Assembly (NCBI GenBank): GCA_012862495.1
Contig: BLSG01000377.1
Span: 1-44,793, forward strand
Length of the DNA stretch: 44,793 bases
Source: Thraustochytrium aureum
Lineage: Eukaryota
Direction of reading: 5' to 3'
In this document: positions 10,801-20,738 of the stretch, piece after piece
Position numbering within the stretch: the first letter of the stretch is position 1
Layout of the letters: each line of letters begins with the position of its first letter
Made by a program: the position numbers and the translations under genes
Notes under the pieces: generated by a model
What the model was told of the DNA's origin: nothing
The model's input: only the letters and a program-made list of their open reading frames with translations
The model's database searches: none

Positions 10801-11621
10801 TTCAAGACGTCTTCGCCCTTCTGGTAGCAAGCTTGTGCCACGACGTCGGCCACCGCGGGCGGACAAATGACTTTGAGTCTCGGACTTTGAGCGAGCTCGC
10901 GCTGCGCTACAACGACAACTCGATTCTGGAGCAATACCATGCATCACTGACGTTTTCTATCCTTATCGAACCGGAGAGCAACATCATGTGCGGGGTGAGC
11001 GCAGCAAAGTTCAAGGAGATCCGGAAACTCATTATCGCAAACGTGCTAATGACAGACATGAAGTTCCACGGCGAGATCCTCACGAGCATAAAGTCGTTTC
11101 GGATTCAGGCTGACAAGTCAAATGAGCCGGACGTGGTCATACACCGCGACGTCGCTGAGGAGCGTGAGACGTTCGCAAGCTTTGTGCTACATTCAGCAGA
11201 TATCGGCGCCCAGACGGCCCCCCCGGAGCTCGCAAGCAAGTGGTCTGAGCGCGTCCTGCGCGAGTTCCGCGACCAGTCCGAGGAGGAAAAAGCCCTCAAT
11301 ATGCAGCCCACGGCCTACATGTGCAACCTTGACGACCCGCTCGTGCAAGCGAATGTCCAGATTGGGTTCATCTCCTACGTGGTTGAGCCTACGTTTGAGG
11401 CGCTCGCCGAGCTCCTCCCGGAGTGCTCGTTTCTGCTCGACAACGTTCGTGCAAATAAGAACGCCTACATTCTGGTGCGGGACGGTCCTGAGGCTGTCGA
11501 AGCAGCCCGGAAAGAGGCTGCGCGCTTTGCTTTGCACGACGACAACATTGATGACAAGCGGTCCCACTCCGAGGCAGAAAGTCTCGCACGGCGAAGGGAC
11601 ACTTCGGACTCTTCGTTTTGA
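7890..11621 (+). CDS. GAF-domain class I 3',5'-cyclic nucleotide phosphodiesterase
   Basis: PDEase_I motifs YHNWDHA, LCHDVGHRGRTNDF, LEQYH, TDMKFH, HSADIG, EFRDQ, QIGFI. GAF motifs GIVGFVAE..LNVYDAYSDPRF..TRSMLVVP..GVVQLINK, plus an upstream degenerate GAF. First ATG at 7890. Confidence 0.92.
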   Translation: MSAHSLNLSHGSSQRVLGRSETENNMQDYVIEEEFGYDEDDVDEQDEGTADKAEASKTSNERPMPISRKLSSVCLEVETKASESDDEGAFVGEKRFKSAANFFPRPPEHIPGRSRRRSSAARVALEEPCSRRIRTERGAEEVTDGDTKQESDVLVRFRALAGDSLGESSLAWAFLKGLEDSDRLQVVRLLHEDLTRARKIARLFREFTRRGSMEAIRAFVNEAAALLPSGRIRLLEVNTDLGRARCILAGNMMSDICIASHCLSTRQTVVLNDLDVSLPYIDEKLENAQSVVSIPLAPIGQPQFRHLGFVLQFLDRLSISGPNAGESKAEGFSKSDVDMAEHMAGIVERLVANMYQRRLAKVQRAELRHHAAAAKAVSAEVDGPNSVSNLVKLIVQFVPCYSVTLYFADRSKQELYSVFSTRPTPGTAAGSRIKYGSGIVGFVAETRKLLNVYDAYSDPRFEPALEMGAAVRTRSMLVVPVMLESELMGVVQLINKFATDPADPHLDPLPDELHEGRARRCTASGVKGRTNLASTRRSTSDGSLRRGSGSSARRLSVSRFEEATSGMDGAVASRLTPSSSASSFTSAGKVAAASSDPPFKPFDSFDSMGASLKRLKASLVRSPSASDEMVSPAGGSFRVRSATKPVIKPSASLRSICLEENSNAFRKSNANAFGSLAAQGDNESSGEARKYQSMRGLVAGQPQRQAALRMGKSALRLNASKELQRITTFSASNERVCDLVAARVAQCIRLRLVNYQYDKAIADSEGSSDVLRSLLSEQGQIPARAKAKSCERITGHKSSILAIGKFLKVLKTYRATIPSPSASPGATVSESAPGESAPGQDPNTERIDVAKVEELMHGHALPVRDLFVQLASLHEASSSEQIELHSNFAKFHFDVFEATRPQLAVGVCQAFSRLGLVCKFRVPDAVLVNFVDKVREKYLDNPYHNWDHAVSVFQTAYAILLNTEAASLLHFQDVFALLVASLCHDVGHRGRTNDFESRTLSELALRYNDNSILEQYHASLTFSILIEPESNIMCGVSAAKFKEIRKLIIANVLMTDMKFHGEILTSIKSFRIQADKSNEPDVVIHRDVAEERETFASFVLHSADIGAQTAPPELASKWSERVLREFRDQSEEEKALNMQPTAYMCNLDDPLVQANVQIGFISYVVEPTFEALAELLPECSFLLDNVRANKNAYILVRDGPEAVEAARKEAARFALHDDNIDDKRSHSEAESLARRRDTSDSSF

Positions 11622-11916
11622 CCAAGATCTTGAAACCAATCAATCAAGAGCGGGTTTTCGGCTCTTCTCGCGGCTCTTGGCGGTACTCGGGTAACCAGCC
11701 AGTTCTTGGTACGACGACAAGAACGACAGCTAAATCACCGTGCAAAGGCAACAACGAACACGAGGGCAACCATAGGTAGCTCCACCAACAATCACAATCA
11801 CCACCACAATCACCACCACCACCCCAAAAAAGATTTGATCGTTACTCGCTTTCAGGTTGGTGCGGCGGCTGCTTTCAAATTGCAATCTGAGCTGATCGCT
11901 CGCGTTGACCGCGCCG

Positions 11917-13083
11917 TCAGCGGCGCTTGTCCGAGGCAGATGGCGGAAGCATGCGGCGCTCCTTTGCCGCGTTCTTCTTGCGACGCTTCTCCATGTACTT
12001 GTCAAGTTTACCAGCTGAGGCAAGCTTCTCGTACCGCTTCTCGAGCTCAACCTCTTTGCGCTCACGGCGCTTGAGAAAGTAGGCGCCTTTGCCCTCTGCA
12101 ACCTGCTCCCGCTCGGTCCGGCGGATCTCGCTGTGCACTTCGCGGTCCATTTTCTTTCTGTCAACATTTGACTTCTCCTGTCGAAGTCGGATCAACTGCG
12201 CCTTGGCGGCCTCTCTCTCTTGTTCCGTTAGAGCGCGGACCTTTTTGTTCTTGCGGGCATCCTTGGACATGCTCCGCAGACGCTGGTCCTTTTTCAGAGC
12301 CACTTCGAGGTCGGCGATCTCCCTCTCACGTTCCTCGTTGAGAAATCCATAGCGCTTGTCAAAGACGCCGTCATCAAGCTCGCCGAAGAGGTCGTCGAAG
12401 CGAGGGTCACGCTTCCGAGCGTTTGGAACCTCAACCACGCGGCGAAAACGGCTCACCTGCCTCCTCACCGAGAGCTCAAGCGGCGCGCTCCTTGCCTTTT
12501 TGCCCTTCTTCTCTGGTTTGCTAGTCGCTGCTTCCGCGGTGGAAAGCTCTGCCACTCTTTGGCGTGATGAAGGTGTGTTGCTTGCAATCGCTCGCGGTAC
12601 AAAGTCACCGTCGAGCCACGCGCTGATGTGCTCTGGGCCTGGCAGGCCGAGCGCGCGATGGAGCGGCACTCCATCGATGCCCTGCTTTTTCAGCTTGGCG
12701 AGTTTGGCCATGGGCAAGTCTCTGAGGGTCTCGCGAAGTGCCTCGATCGTATGCTCGCCTTCGTCAGACTCGCTACCGGACTCACTTTCGCCGTCGCTTC
12801 CGCTGCCCTCGCTGGCCGAGGGCAGCCCTTTCGCTCGCATGTTGCTAGCGTGCTCCTCATCATCAGAACTCCACTCTTCACCAGAGTCGTCATTCGCTAG
12901 CGCACGCCGCGCGGCACCTCTCCCCGTGCTCGTTGCCTTCGGGCCGCCTTCCACAGCGCGAGGGCGTTTCCTGCTCATCGACTCCCCGCGCCCTTCGCCA
13001 CTAGCATCAAACCCTCTCGTCTGCTCGCCAAGCGTCCGCGCAGCCTTGCGCCGCTGCAGAGCGGCAATGGCAGTCTCCGCCAT
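11917..13083 (-). CDS. RRP36: rRNA biogenesis protein RRP36 (DUF947)
   Basis: APLELSVRRQVSRFR..RDPRFDDLFG..YGFL..KGAYFLKRRERK..KRRKKNAAKE. Start is ATG 13083 or 12978; the longer ORF runs into repeat and gap. Confidence 0.88.
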   Translation of the reverse strand: MAETAIAALQRRKAARTLGEQTRGFDASGEGRGESMSRKRPRAVEGGPKATSTGRGAARRALANDDSGEEWSSDDEEHASNMRAKGLPSASEGSGSDGESESGSESDEGEHTIEALRETLRDLPMAKLAKLKKQGIDGVPLHRALGLPGPEHISAWLDGDFVPRAIASNTPSSRQRVAELSTAEAATSKPEKKGKKARSAPLELSVRRQVSRFRRVVEVPNARKRDPRFDDLFGELDDGVFDKRYGFLNEEREREIADLEVALKKDQRLRSMSKDARKNKKVRALTEQEREAAKAQLIRLRQEKSNVDRKKMDREVHSEIRRTEREQVAEGKGAYFLKRRERKEVELEKRYEKLASAGKLDKYMEKRRKKNAAKERRMLPPSASDKRR

Positions 13084-13189
13084 TCCTTCCCTCGCTGCGT
13101 GCCAGCCAGCCTTGGCCAAGCGGCACAAACCTCGTGCGAGTTGTGTTTGCCTGTCGAGTCTCGCGCGCGCGGTCGCCTGGCGCGTTGGC

Positions 13190-13422
13190 GTATTGTATTG
13201 CCTGGCGTGCTGCTGCAAGTTGCTTGGCGCGTATTGCTGCTGCAAGTTGTTGCCTGGCGCGTATTGCTGCTGCTGCTGCTGCTGCAAGTCGCTCGGCGTG
13301 CGTGTTGCTGCTGCTGCAAGTCGCTCGGCGTGCGTGTTGCTGCTGCTGCAAGTCGCTCGGCGTGCGTGTTGCACACCGAGTTGCTCGGCGTGTTGCACAC
13401 AGACTTGCCTGGCGTGTTGCAC
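13190..13422. repeat. Degenerate minisatellite with (CTG)n upstream of RRP36
   Basis: About 30-nt unit GCAAGTCGCTCGGCGTGCGTGTTGCTGCTGCT repeated about 3 times, plus GCCTGGCG/GTTGCAC variants, ending at a gap. Confidence 0.85.
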
Positions 13423-13627
13423 NNNNNNNNNNNNNNNNNNNNNNNNNNNNNNNNNNNNNNNNNNNNNNNNNNNNNNNNNNNNNNNNNNNNNNNNNNNNNN
13501 NNNNNNNNNNNNNNNNNNNNNNNNNNNNNNACAGAGCCGCCTGGCGTGTTGGACCACGTTGCCTGGCGTATCGCACCAAGTTGCCCGTCGAGTCCCGCAC
13601 GAATTCGCCTGGCGTTGAGCGTCTGTT

Positions 13628-13653
13628 TCGATCGATCGATCGATCGGTCGATC
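13628..13653. repeat. (GATC)n microsatellite
   Basis: TCGATCGATCGATCGATCGGTCGATC. Confidence 0.85.
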
Positions 13654-13909
13654 ACCAGCGCCACCCACACACTCCGATTAAAAAGGAACGCCGATTACAA
13701 TCGATTTAATTTAAAAAAAGTCCAAATCACATCTTTTGAAAATCAAACATGAGGACTTCGAGGGCTTGCGCATTTCCACGCAGCGCCTCGCGAGTCGAGT
13801 TGCGACCGGCACCACTCTTCCTCTCGGCTCGGCGCATTCGCAAGTAGAGCACCACAGAGGAGCCTCAAAGTAGACGCCTTGCTTGCATCGCGCGCCACTC
13901 GCGTTTTCT

Positions 13910-15701
13910 TCACTGTTGACGCCCGCTCCGCTGCACAAGGTTCACACCAGCATGGTGCTGCAGCCACGCGCACAAGTCCCGCAGAGGGACGAGGCAGTCT
14001 CCGTGTTCGTCCCAAACGCAGTGCGCCGAAGCAAACGAGAGGTCGATGGCCTTGAGCTGCACGCTTGCCGGCGGACAGATCCACTCAGCTCGAGCATCCA
14101 AGACCCCCGGTTCACAAGGCGCTGACTCTGGCGCGACAACCTCTCCAGAGCGGACACCTTCCCACGTCAAAGCCTTGACCAGCGGAAGGCCATCGCCGCC
14201 CGTCGCAGATTCCGAGTACAATTCAAATGTGAGCGTAGAAGTGTACCCGATCCAGTTCGTCGGCGAGCCACTTCGACTCGAAAAACTGTTTGACCAGCGG
14301 CCCAAAAGGAACAAAAGCGGGAGAATTGTCACGTCGTGCGCGGCAAAGAGCCGCACTCGAGCAGAACCTTGCACGCCATGAGCAGTTCCCAGCGTCGCGC
14401 GCGCCACGAGCGGGCCAAGGAGCATCTCCAAAAGGGGCTTGGTGACGCAGCGCAATATTGCACGCTGCTCCAGCAGGTTGTGGAACTGCCAGCACAGGAC
14501 CTGCTCCGCCACCCCCGCATGCCGTTGCCAGTCCGCAAGGCGGCCAGACTCGCCGTAGTCGTCATACAGATCATCGGATCGGACGATAAAGTTTGCGAAT
14601 TCTTGCCTGTCAACGGTCCCATTTCCGTCCGCGTCGAGCGCTCCGAGTAGAGTCGTAGCGTCCTTTGGGGATGGCGCGACTACGCCGAGGTACCGAAGCA
14701 GGCCGCGGATGTGCTCCTCGTCGAGCAAAATATCGCCAGAGAGCTCCTTGAAGAGCTCGCTAACCTTGTCTTTATCGGCGAATAGGCGGACACCGTCGAG
14801 TGGGGCGGCAACGACGCGCATCCTCCCACGCCTCGTGTCCGCACATCGGCGCAAACGACCAGCGCGGCGGCCCTCGTCCGCAAAGCAAAAGAGAGCGCTT
14901 GACCGCGCTGCCCGGCAGTGAAAGTGGTCCATGACTGCATGACCACTTGAACGGTCGCAAGACGTGCCGGTAAACCGGGATGGTTTGTTCAACAGAGTCG
15001 CGGGTCGCCCTGACGCTCGCCAGCGCCTCAATTTCCTTGAAAACCGAGTTGGCGCGCAGGTGCGTCTGCATGCAAGCATTCAGTTCTGCGGACCTTCCCC
15101 AGAGGTTCAGCGCCTCGTCGTTATCAGGAACACGCACTGGCACTGCGTGCTTTTCGCGCAGTTCTGGCCGCGGAAGAAGGCCGAGCAGCACAGCTTGCGC
15201 GCTGATCTGCGTCCGCTTAAAGTTCGTTGACCAAGCCTCTATGGCGCCAGCCGGGGGCTCTGTTCGGGGAGAGAGCAGTCCGAGGCGGTAGTATCGCCCA
15301 GCCAGCGCCCGGCCCAGGCGGAAGCACTGGAACGCACCAAGCTGTGTCAAGCTTCCAAAGATACCAAGCCGTTCGTCGCGCGTTGACTCGTGGCTGCTCT
15401 GGACGGGGAACTGGCGGTTCAGCTCGTCCTGGAGGTTTTGTGTCGGCAGCGATTTGGCCCAAGCGGCAGCCTCGCGCGCGGATGCGACCACGCTAGGCTC
15501 CATGCAGTTGAACGTGGGCGTCCGGTCTCCGTGTCTGAAAACCACCACGCTTTCCTGAAGCACAAACCTGCGCCTGCCATCTCCAGTAGACTGCCACCGC
15601 AGCTGCGTTGCGGCGCCGCCGAGCGTATCGTTTCGCTTGCGCTTCGTTCCTGGCCCGCGGCCGCTGGCCAAGCGGCTCGTGGAAGCCGCTCTCAGGGCCA
15701 T
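13910..15701 (-). CDS. Histidine acid phosphatase (branch 2, ACP6-like) with inserted EF-hand; one frameshift near 14942
   Basis: VVVFRHGDRTP, GSLTQLG, STNFKRTQISA in ORF 14772..15701; LFAAHDVTILPLL and YTSTLTFELY in ORF 13910..15079. Junction PFKW(t)HAVMDHFHCR. EF-hand loop DADGNGTVDRQE. Confidence 0.85.
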
Positions 15702-16539
15702 CTCTCACCAGGGCGATTCGGTGCGCTGCGGCCGCCTCCTGGGGCAGCGAGAAAGGGAGCCGCTCGCGCCGAGCTGGCGGGCCTCTGGGCCAGCGCCGGG
15801 AATCGAGGGCCGGGCCAGGCGGCAGAGTATTGGCTCAGCTCGGCTGTTCAGCAACTCGAATACCAACTCCGAGTCTGCCATGCCACACTTTTGATCTTGA
15901 GGTCCTGGGTTTCTTCTCGTCTGAACCCTGCGCGCGGGTCACGGCCAGCTGTGCAAGCTGGCTGGCAGACTCCGAACGCCGAGACACCCCTGGAGACGAG
16001 TTTCCTTGGTGGGGCGAGCGAGCAGGGCCCCGCGTTTCCAAGGGAGGGAGCATTGGCAGCGAGTGCCCGCGTCCGACCAAACCATGCAGCTCCCGAAGCC
16101 GGTGGTTTCGACGCCGTTCCCGTGCGAGGACCTGGAGATCTAGAGAGTTTTCAGACTGGTGGCAGAACTCGAGTCGGGCCAGCAAGCTGCAAAGTCGAGG
16201 CAACCCAGATGCGCAGGTCCCTGGGCTCGCCTCGCCCTCGCGCACGGTCGGTCTGCAAAAGGAGCACTAAAACAACGCAACTCCACCCACCACACCAAAC
16301 CCTTGCATTTTAATGCCACTTCCATGCTTGTTGCTCGAGTGCTTGCCCGGTTGGCGTGGCCAGCCCTCAACAGATGCTCGTTTAAAACGCTGGCCTTGAC
16401 GCGGCGTTGTTTGCGGCGGCGGGAACCCCGACTTCATTCCGCTGCAACCAGTTCCGATCCCTTACGAGCAGTCGCGTAGCTGGCGACTGCGCGAAGCGGC
16501 AGGACCGCAGAGCTCGGCTTGCACTTGAGCTGGTGGTGA

Positions 16540-16540
16540 G

Positions 16541-16571
<31 letters not shown>

Positions 16572-16592
16572 GCAACCAACAGCAACCAACAT
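16540..16592. repeat. (CAA)n microsatellite
   Basis: AACAACAAC... run followed by CAGCAACCAA variants. Confidence 0.9.
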
Positions 16593-17643
16593 CCAGCACA
16601 CGTGTCGCTCTCCGGCAAGGCCTTCCTACCCTTCGTGATCGAGGCCACTGATGGCTGGGGCTCGCAGGCATTGTCTGGTAAACTTCGTCCGACTGCTTCG
16701 CAAAGAGCAGCTATCATGCTGGTAGATCCGCGGGTGATCGTCTACAAAAGCCGTTCCGTCTGNNNNNNNNNNNNNNNNNNNNNNNNNNNNNNNNNNNNNN
16801 NNNNNNNNNNNNNNNNNNNNNNNNNNNNNNNNNNNNNNNNNNNNNNNNNNNNNNNNNNNNNNNNNNNNNNNNNNNNNNNNNNNNNNNNNNNNNNNNNNNN
16901 NNNNNNNNNNNNNNNNNNNNNNNNNNNNNNNNNNNNNNNNNNNNNNNNNNNNNNNNNNNNNNNNNNNNNACTGAGCCAAGTCGTAGCGCGAGAGCATCTG
17001 TTGTCCACCTACCGATGTCATTCGTCAGGGGGCGCTTCGCCATCTTTGAGACTTTCGGTTCTGCTTCCGGCTCCAATAGGGCCAGTCTGGGGTCCCTCCA
17101 GCCCGCTCGCGGCTGCCGTGGTGCGCCGGGCTGTCCCGTTCCACATCAAAAATTCAACAACCAAAGGCAAGCGTTTGGTAAAACGCAGAGCAAGCCCGTT
17201 CGCCGCACGAAGGAGAGCAGCAGCGTGCCGGAGCTCATTGGCAGCCATCAGCTCGGCCGCACGCGGAGTCAGGTCTGGTCGTCCGTCTCCCGCGTTTGTT
17301 TCCGTGGAAAATTCGGCAAGCTCTCACGACAACAGCGAGCCAGACGCGCTGAAACGAGACAGACCCCCAACCTACTTACTCCCCTACTCAGGTACTCTTG
17401 TCTGCCAGTGGCAGCGCGGCGCGCAGAGACCCAACGTAGCGCGAGCAGCAAGGAGTACATCAACGGCCGCTAGCCCGGCACGGCTGGACAGCAAGAGGCA
17501 ACGGGGAAAGCACGGCAGGCTCGGTGCAGGGGCGCGCGCCGATTCCTGGCTGGCACAAAGCACGACCTCTTCTTTCGGACTGTTCAATCGAAACCAACCA
17601 GAGCAAGGTAAAACGACGCAGCAAGGGGACGCAGCGACCAAGC

Positions 17644-19917
17644 ATGTCGCTGCTCGGGCGAAAGGTGCTGGCGAACGTCAACCTCGGCGAAAGGCAACGC
17701 GAGTGGAACGAGGTGCTCCAGGAGACGCTCCAGGAGGCTGATGCCTTGGAAGAGTGGGTCACGAACGCGGGCAAGGTCAACTTGGTGGTGCAAACGCCGG
17801 AGGTCTCGGCCGTCGTCATCTGCTGGAGCAACGAGCTCCAGCATACGCCGTTTAACGGGCCAGTGTGGACTCACGTCGTAAGTGGGACGGTGCGGATCGA
17901 GAGCAACGACGCGAACGACGCCTGCGCCGTCTGCACGAAAGCGGGCCACTTTGCCTCGTCGTGTAAGCGCGTCGCGGGGCAACCGGACGCTATCTCGGTG
18001 CACGTATTCCCCACGTCCGCCAAGGTCCTCGTGCCAGGCCCGTTCGTTGCCGTTTGCAACGAGACGCTGTCGATCACGGACGCAGAGCGCGGCCAGCTCG
18101 TTTCTCGCTTGTGCGAAAACCTCTGCGCACCTGACGCCAAGGCGGAAAGTGCCTCGCCGCCAAACCACTACACAAACTTTCGAGATCTGATCGAGACGCT
18201 GCACCACGAGGTCGAGCCGCTTGAGGCCGGGAAAACCCACTCAGAGCAGCACATCGCCAAAGTGTGCTCGTTCCTGCAGTCCGTGCGCCTCGACCCGGGT
18301 GAGGTCGCAAGGTACGCAAGGTTCTCCAAGGGCCACTACACTCGCAACTTGGTTGGCTACGACGTCGCCATGGACGGGTCTACCCACAGGCCTAAATTCA
18401 CCGTCCTCCTCTTGTGCTGGTCCAACGGGCAGATGAGCCCGATCCACAACCACGCCGGGTCCTCGTGCTGGGTCAAAGTCCTCTCTGGCAAGATTCGCGA
18501 GGTCAGGTACGACGACACAGTCAGCCCCCCGACGGTGAAGCGCGATCTGACCCTCGGCGCGAACGGCGTTTGCTACATCAACGACACGCAGGGCTTGCAC
18601 GCCATGGGCAACTCGGACGAGAACAGCGTGGCCGTCTCGCTCCACATCTACTCGCCGCCCTACACAGTGTGCAATCTCTTTGACCCCATCACCTTCCAGA
18701 AGCGCATGGCGTCCATGTCCGCTGCGCGCACGCCGGACAACCCTTTCGCCTTCGTTCCAGTCGCGGAGGCCAGCGAGGATGACAAATCGATCAGCCTAGG
18801 GAGCTTTTACGCGCTCGTTAGCAACGCGCTGCGCCACCGGCTCGAGGAGCGCGTCTCGGAGCTCGTGGATCGCTTGGTGCTGCAGGAGAACGAGTGGGCC
18901 GAGTTTGTCCACTTCGACACGATGCGCTACACGCGCAGCCTGATTTCGCTTGACAGCAACTTTTCCCTCGTAATCTGCTCCTGGAACACCTCGCAGGCAA
19001 CACCGCTGCACAGCCACAGCGCGAGCACAAAGTGCTGGGTCAAGGTTTTGAGTGGCCGCCTACAGCTCAAGCTTTTCTCTGGGACGCGTGCCAACCCGGT
19101 CCTCGAAAATACGCTCGTGTTCGAAAAGGGCAGCTTGGTGGACCACCACCTATTCTCTGGCCTCCACATCCTTGGCAACGCCAGCGCTGACGAGCCTGCC
19201 GTCTCGCTGCACCTTTTCACGCCACCGCTCCTCAACATGGCCTACTTTGACGACGCGGGCCACGAGCGTCTCATCCCGGTCGTGCACAGCGCCCACTCTG
19301 CGACAGTTGCTGCAGCCAGGTGCTGCGCAGCCGACCCGATCCACGCCTGCGACCAGGTCATTCAGCGCACGCGCTCCTGCAGTGTGGACGAGACAAAGAG
19401 CGAGGCGAGCAGCGCGCCGGGCCAAGACGACCCCAACAGCGCCAAGCTGGAGGATCTGCTCAGTTTTTTCCAACAGGCCCAGGACCGCCGCATTTTCACC
19501 AACCTCAGCGCCCTCGTTCGCTTCATTGTGGTGCGCAATTTGCCGGCGCACCCGTCGGAGCAGGTCGTCATGATGAGCTTGGACCGGATGAGCATCAACC
19601 CGGATGAGTGGCGCGCTTTGCTGGACGACGACGAGCCGTCTGCGCTGGTTGCGCGAGGGCGAAACTTTGGTCTTTACGTCCGGAGACTGGACCCGCATTC
19701 GCGCACCGAACGTGCGCCGCTCGCTCACGACACCTTCATCAAGGTCCTGGACGGCGAAATGTCCATCTCCCACTTCCTCGGTGGCGCGAGCCTGCACAGC
19801 GGCTCGATCAACGCTTGCGCCGGAGCGTTCGTCAGCGCAAGGCTCGAGTGCGAGCTCGAAAACGTGCTCGAGACCCCCTGCTACTCGCTCCAGCTTGAGC
19901 GCCACGCCAAGCACTGA
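17644..19917 (+). CDS. Multi-domain cysteine dioxygenase (CDO-type cupin x4; two domains retain the metal ligands)
   Basis: Domain 2: YTRN..LLCW..SPIHNHAGSSCWVKVLSG..GLHAMGN..AVSLHIYSPP. Domain 3: YTRS..TPLHSH..CWVKVLSG..GLHILGN..AVSLHLFTPP. Degenerate cupins at both ends. ATG at 17644. Confidence 0.88.
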   Translation: MSLLGRKVLANVNLGERQREWNEVLQETLQEADALEEWVTNAGKVNLVVQTPEVSAVVICWSNELQHTPFNGPVWTHVVSGTVRIESNDANDACAVCTKAGHFASSCKRVAGQPDAISVHVFPTSAKVLVPGPFVAVCNETLSITDAERGQLVSRLCENLCAPDAKAESASPPNHYTNFRDLIETLHHEVEPLEAGKTHSEQHIAKVCSFLQSVRLDPGEVARYARFSKGHYTRNLVGYDVAMDGSTHRPKFTVLLLCWSNGQMSPIHNHAGSSCWVKVLSGKIREVRYDDTVSPPTVKRDLTLGANGVCYINDTQGLHAMGNSDENSVAVSLHIYSPPYTVCNLFDPITFQKRMASMSAARTPDNPFAFVPVAEASEDDKSISLGSFYALVSNALRHRLEERVSELVDRLVLQENEWAEFVHFDTMRYTRSLISLDSNFSLVICSWNTSQATPLHSHSASTKCWVKVLSGRLQLKLFSGTRANPVLENTLVFEKGSLVDHHLFSGLHILGNASADEPAVSLHLFTPPLLNMAYFDDAGHERLIPVVHSAHSATVAAARCCAADPIHACDQVIQRTRSCSVDETKSEASSAPGQDDPNSAKLEDLLSFFQQAQDRRIFTNLSALVRFIVVRNLPAHPSEQVVMMSLDRMSINPDEWRALLDDDEPSALVARGRNFGLYVRRLDPHSRTERAPLAHDTFIKVLDGEMSISHFLGGASLHSGSINACAGAFVSARLECELENVLETPCYSLQLERHAKH

Positions 19918-20738
19918 GCGCCACGCCAAGCACTGCGCGCATACCGATTCAGCTACTCTAAAAGAAAAGAAAGAAACGAACTGGTTCGACCAGCGCCTGG
20001 CTCGCCTTTGANNNNNNNNNNNNNNNNNNNNNNNNNNNNNNNNNNNNNNNNNNNNNNNNNNNNNNNNNNNNNNNNNNNNNNNNNNNNNNNNNNNNNNNNN
20101 NNNNNNNNNNNNNNNNNNNNNNNNNNNNNNNNNNNNNNNNNNNNNNNNNNNNNNNNNNNNNNNNNNNNNNNNNNNNNNNNNNNNNNNNNNNNNNNNNNNN
20201 NNNNNNNNNNNNNNNNNNNNNNNNNNNNNNNNNNNNNNNNNNNNNNNNNNNNNNNNNNNNNNNNNNNNNNNNNNNNNNNNNNNNNNNNNNNNNNNNNNNN
20301 NNNNNNNNNNNNNNNNNNNNNNNNNNNNNNNNNNNNNNNNNNNNNNNNNNNNNNNNNNNNNNNNNNNNNNNNNNNNNNNNNNNNNNNNNNNNNNNNNNNN
20401 NNNNNNNNNNNNNNNNNNNNNNNNNNNNNNNNNNNNNNNNNNNNNNNNNNNNNNNNNNNNNNNNNNNNNNNNNNNNNNNNNNNNNNNNNNNNNNNNNNNN
20501 NNNNNNNNNNNNNNNNNNNNNNNNNNNNNNNNNNNNNNNNNNNNNNNNNNNNNNNNNNNNNNNNNNNNNNNNNNNNNNNNNNNNNNNNNNNNNNNNNNNN
20601 NNNNNNNNNNNNNNNNNNNNNNNNNNNNNNNNNNNNNNNNNNNNNNNNNNNNNNNNNNNNNNNNNNNNNNNNNNNNNNNNNNNNNNNNNNNNNNNNNNNN
20701 NNNNNNNNNNNNNNNNNNNNNNNNNNNNNNNNNNNNNN

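Noticed and set aside
13084..13668. Gln-rich N-terminal extension of RRP36
   Set aside because: It is a translation of a CTG/CAG minisatellite and a gap, and is probably non-coding.
15390..17640. Several 150-440 aa ORFs between the phosphatase and CDO genes
   Set aside because: No domain motifs; low-complexity overlapping frames typical of GC-rich intergenic DNA.
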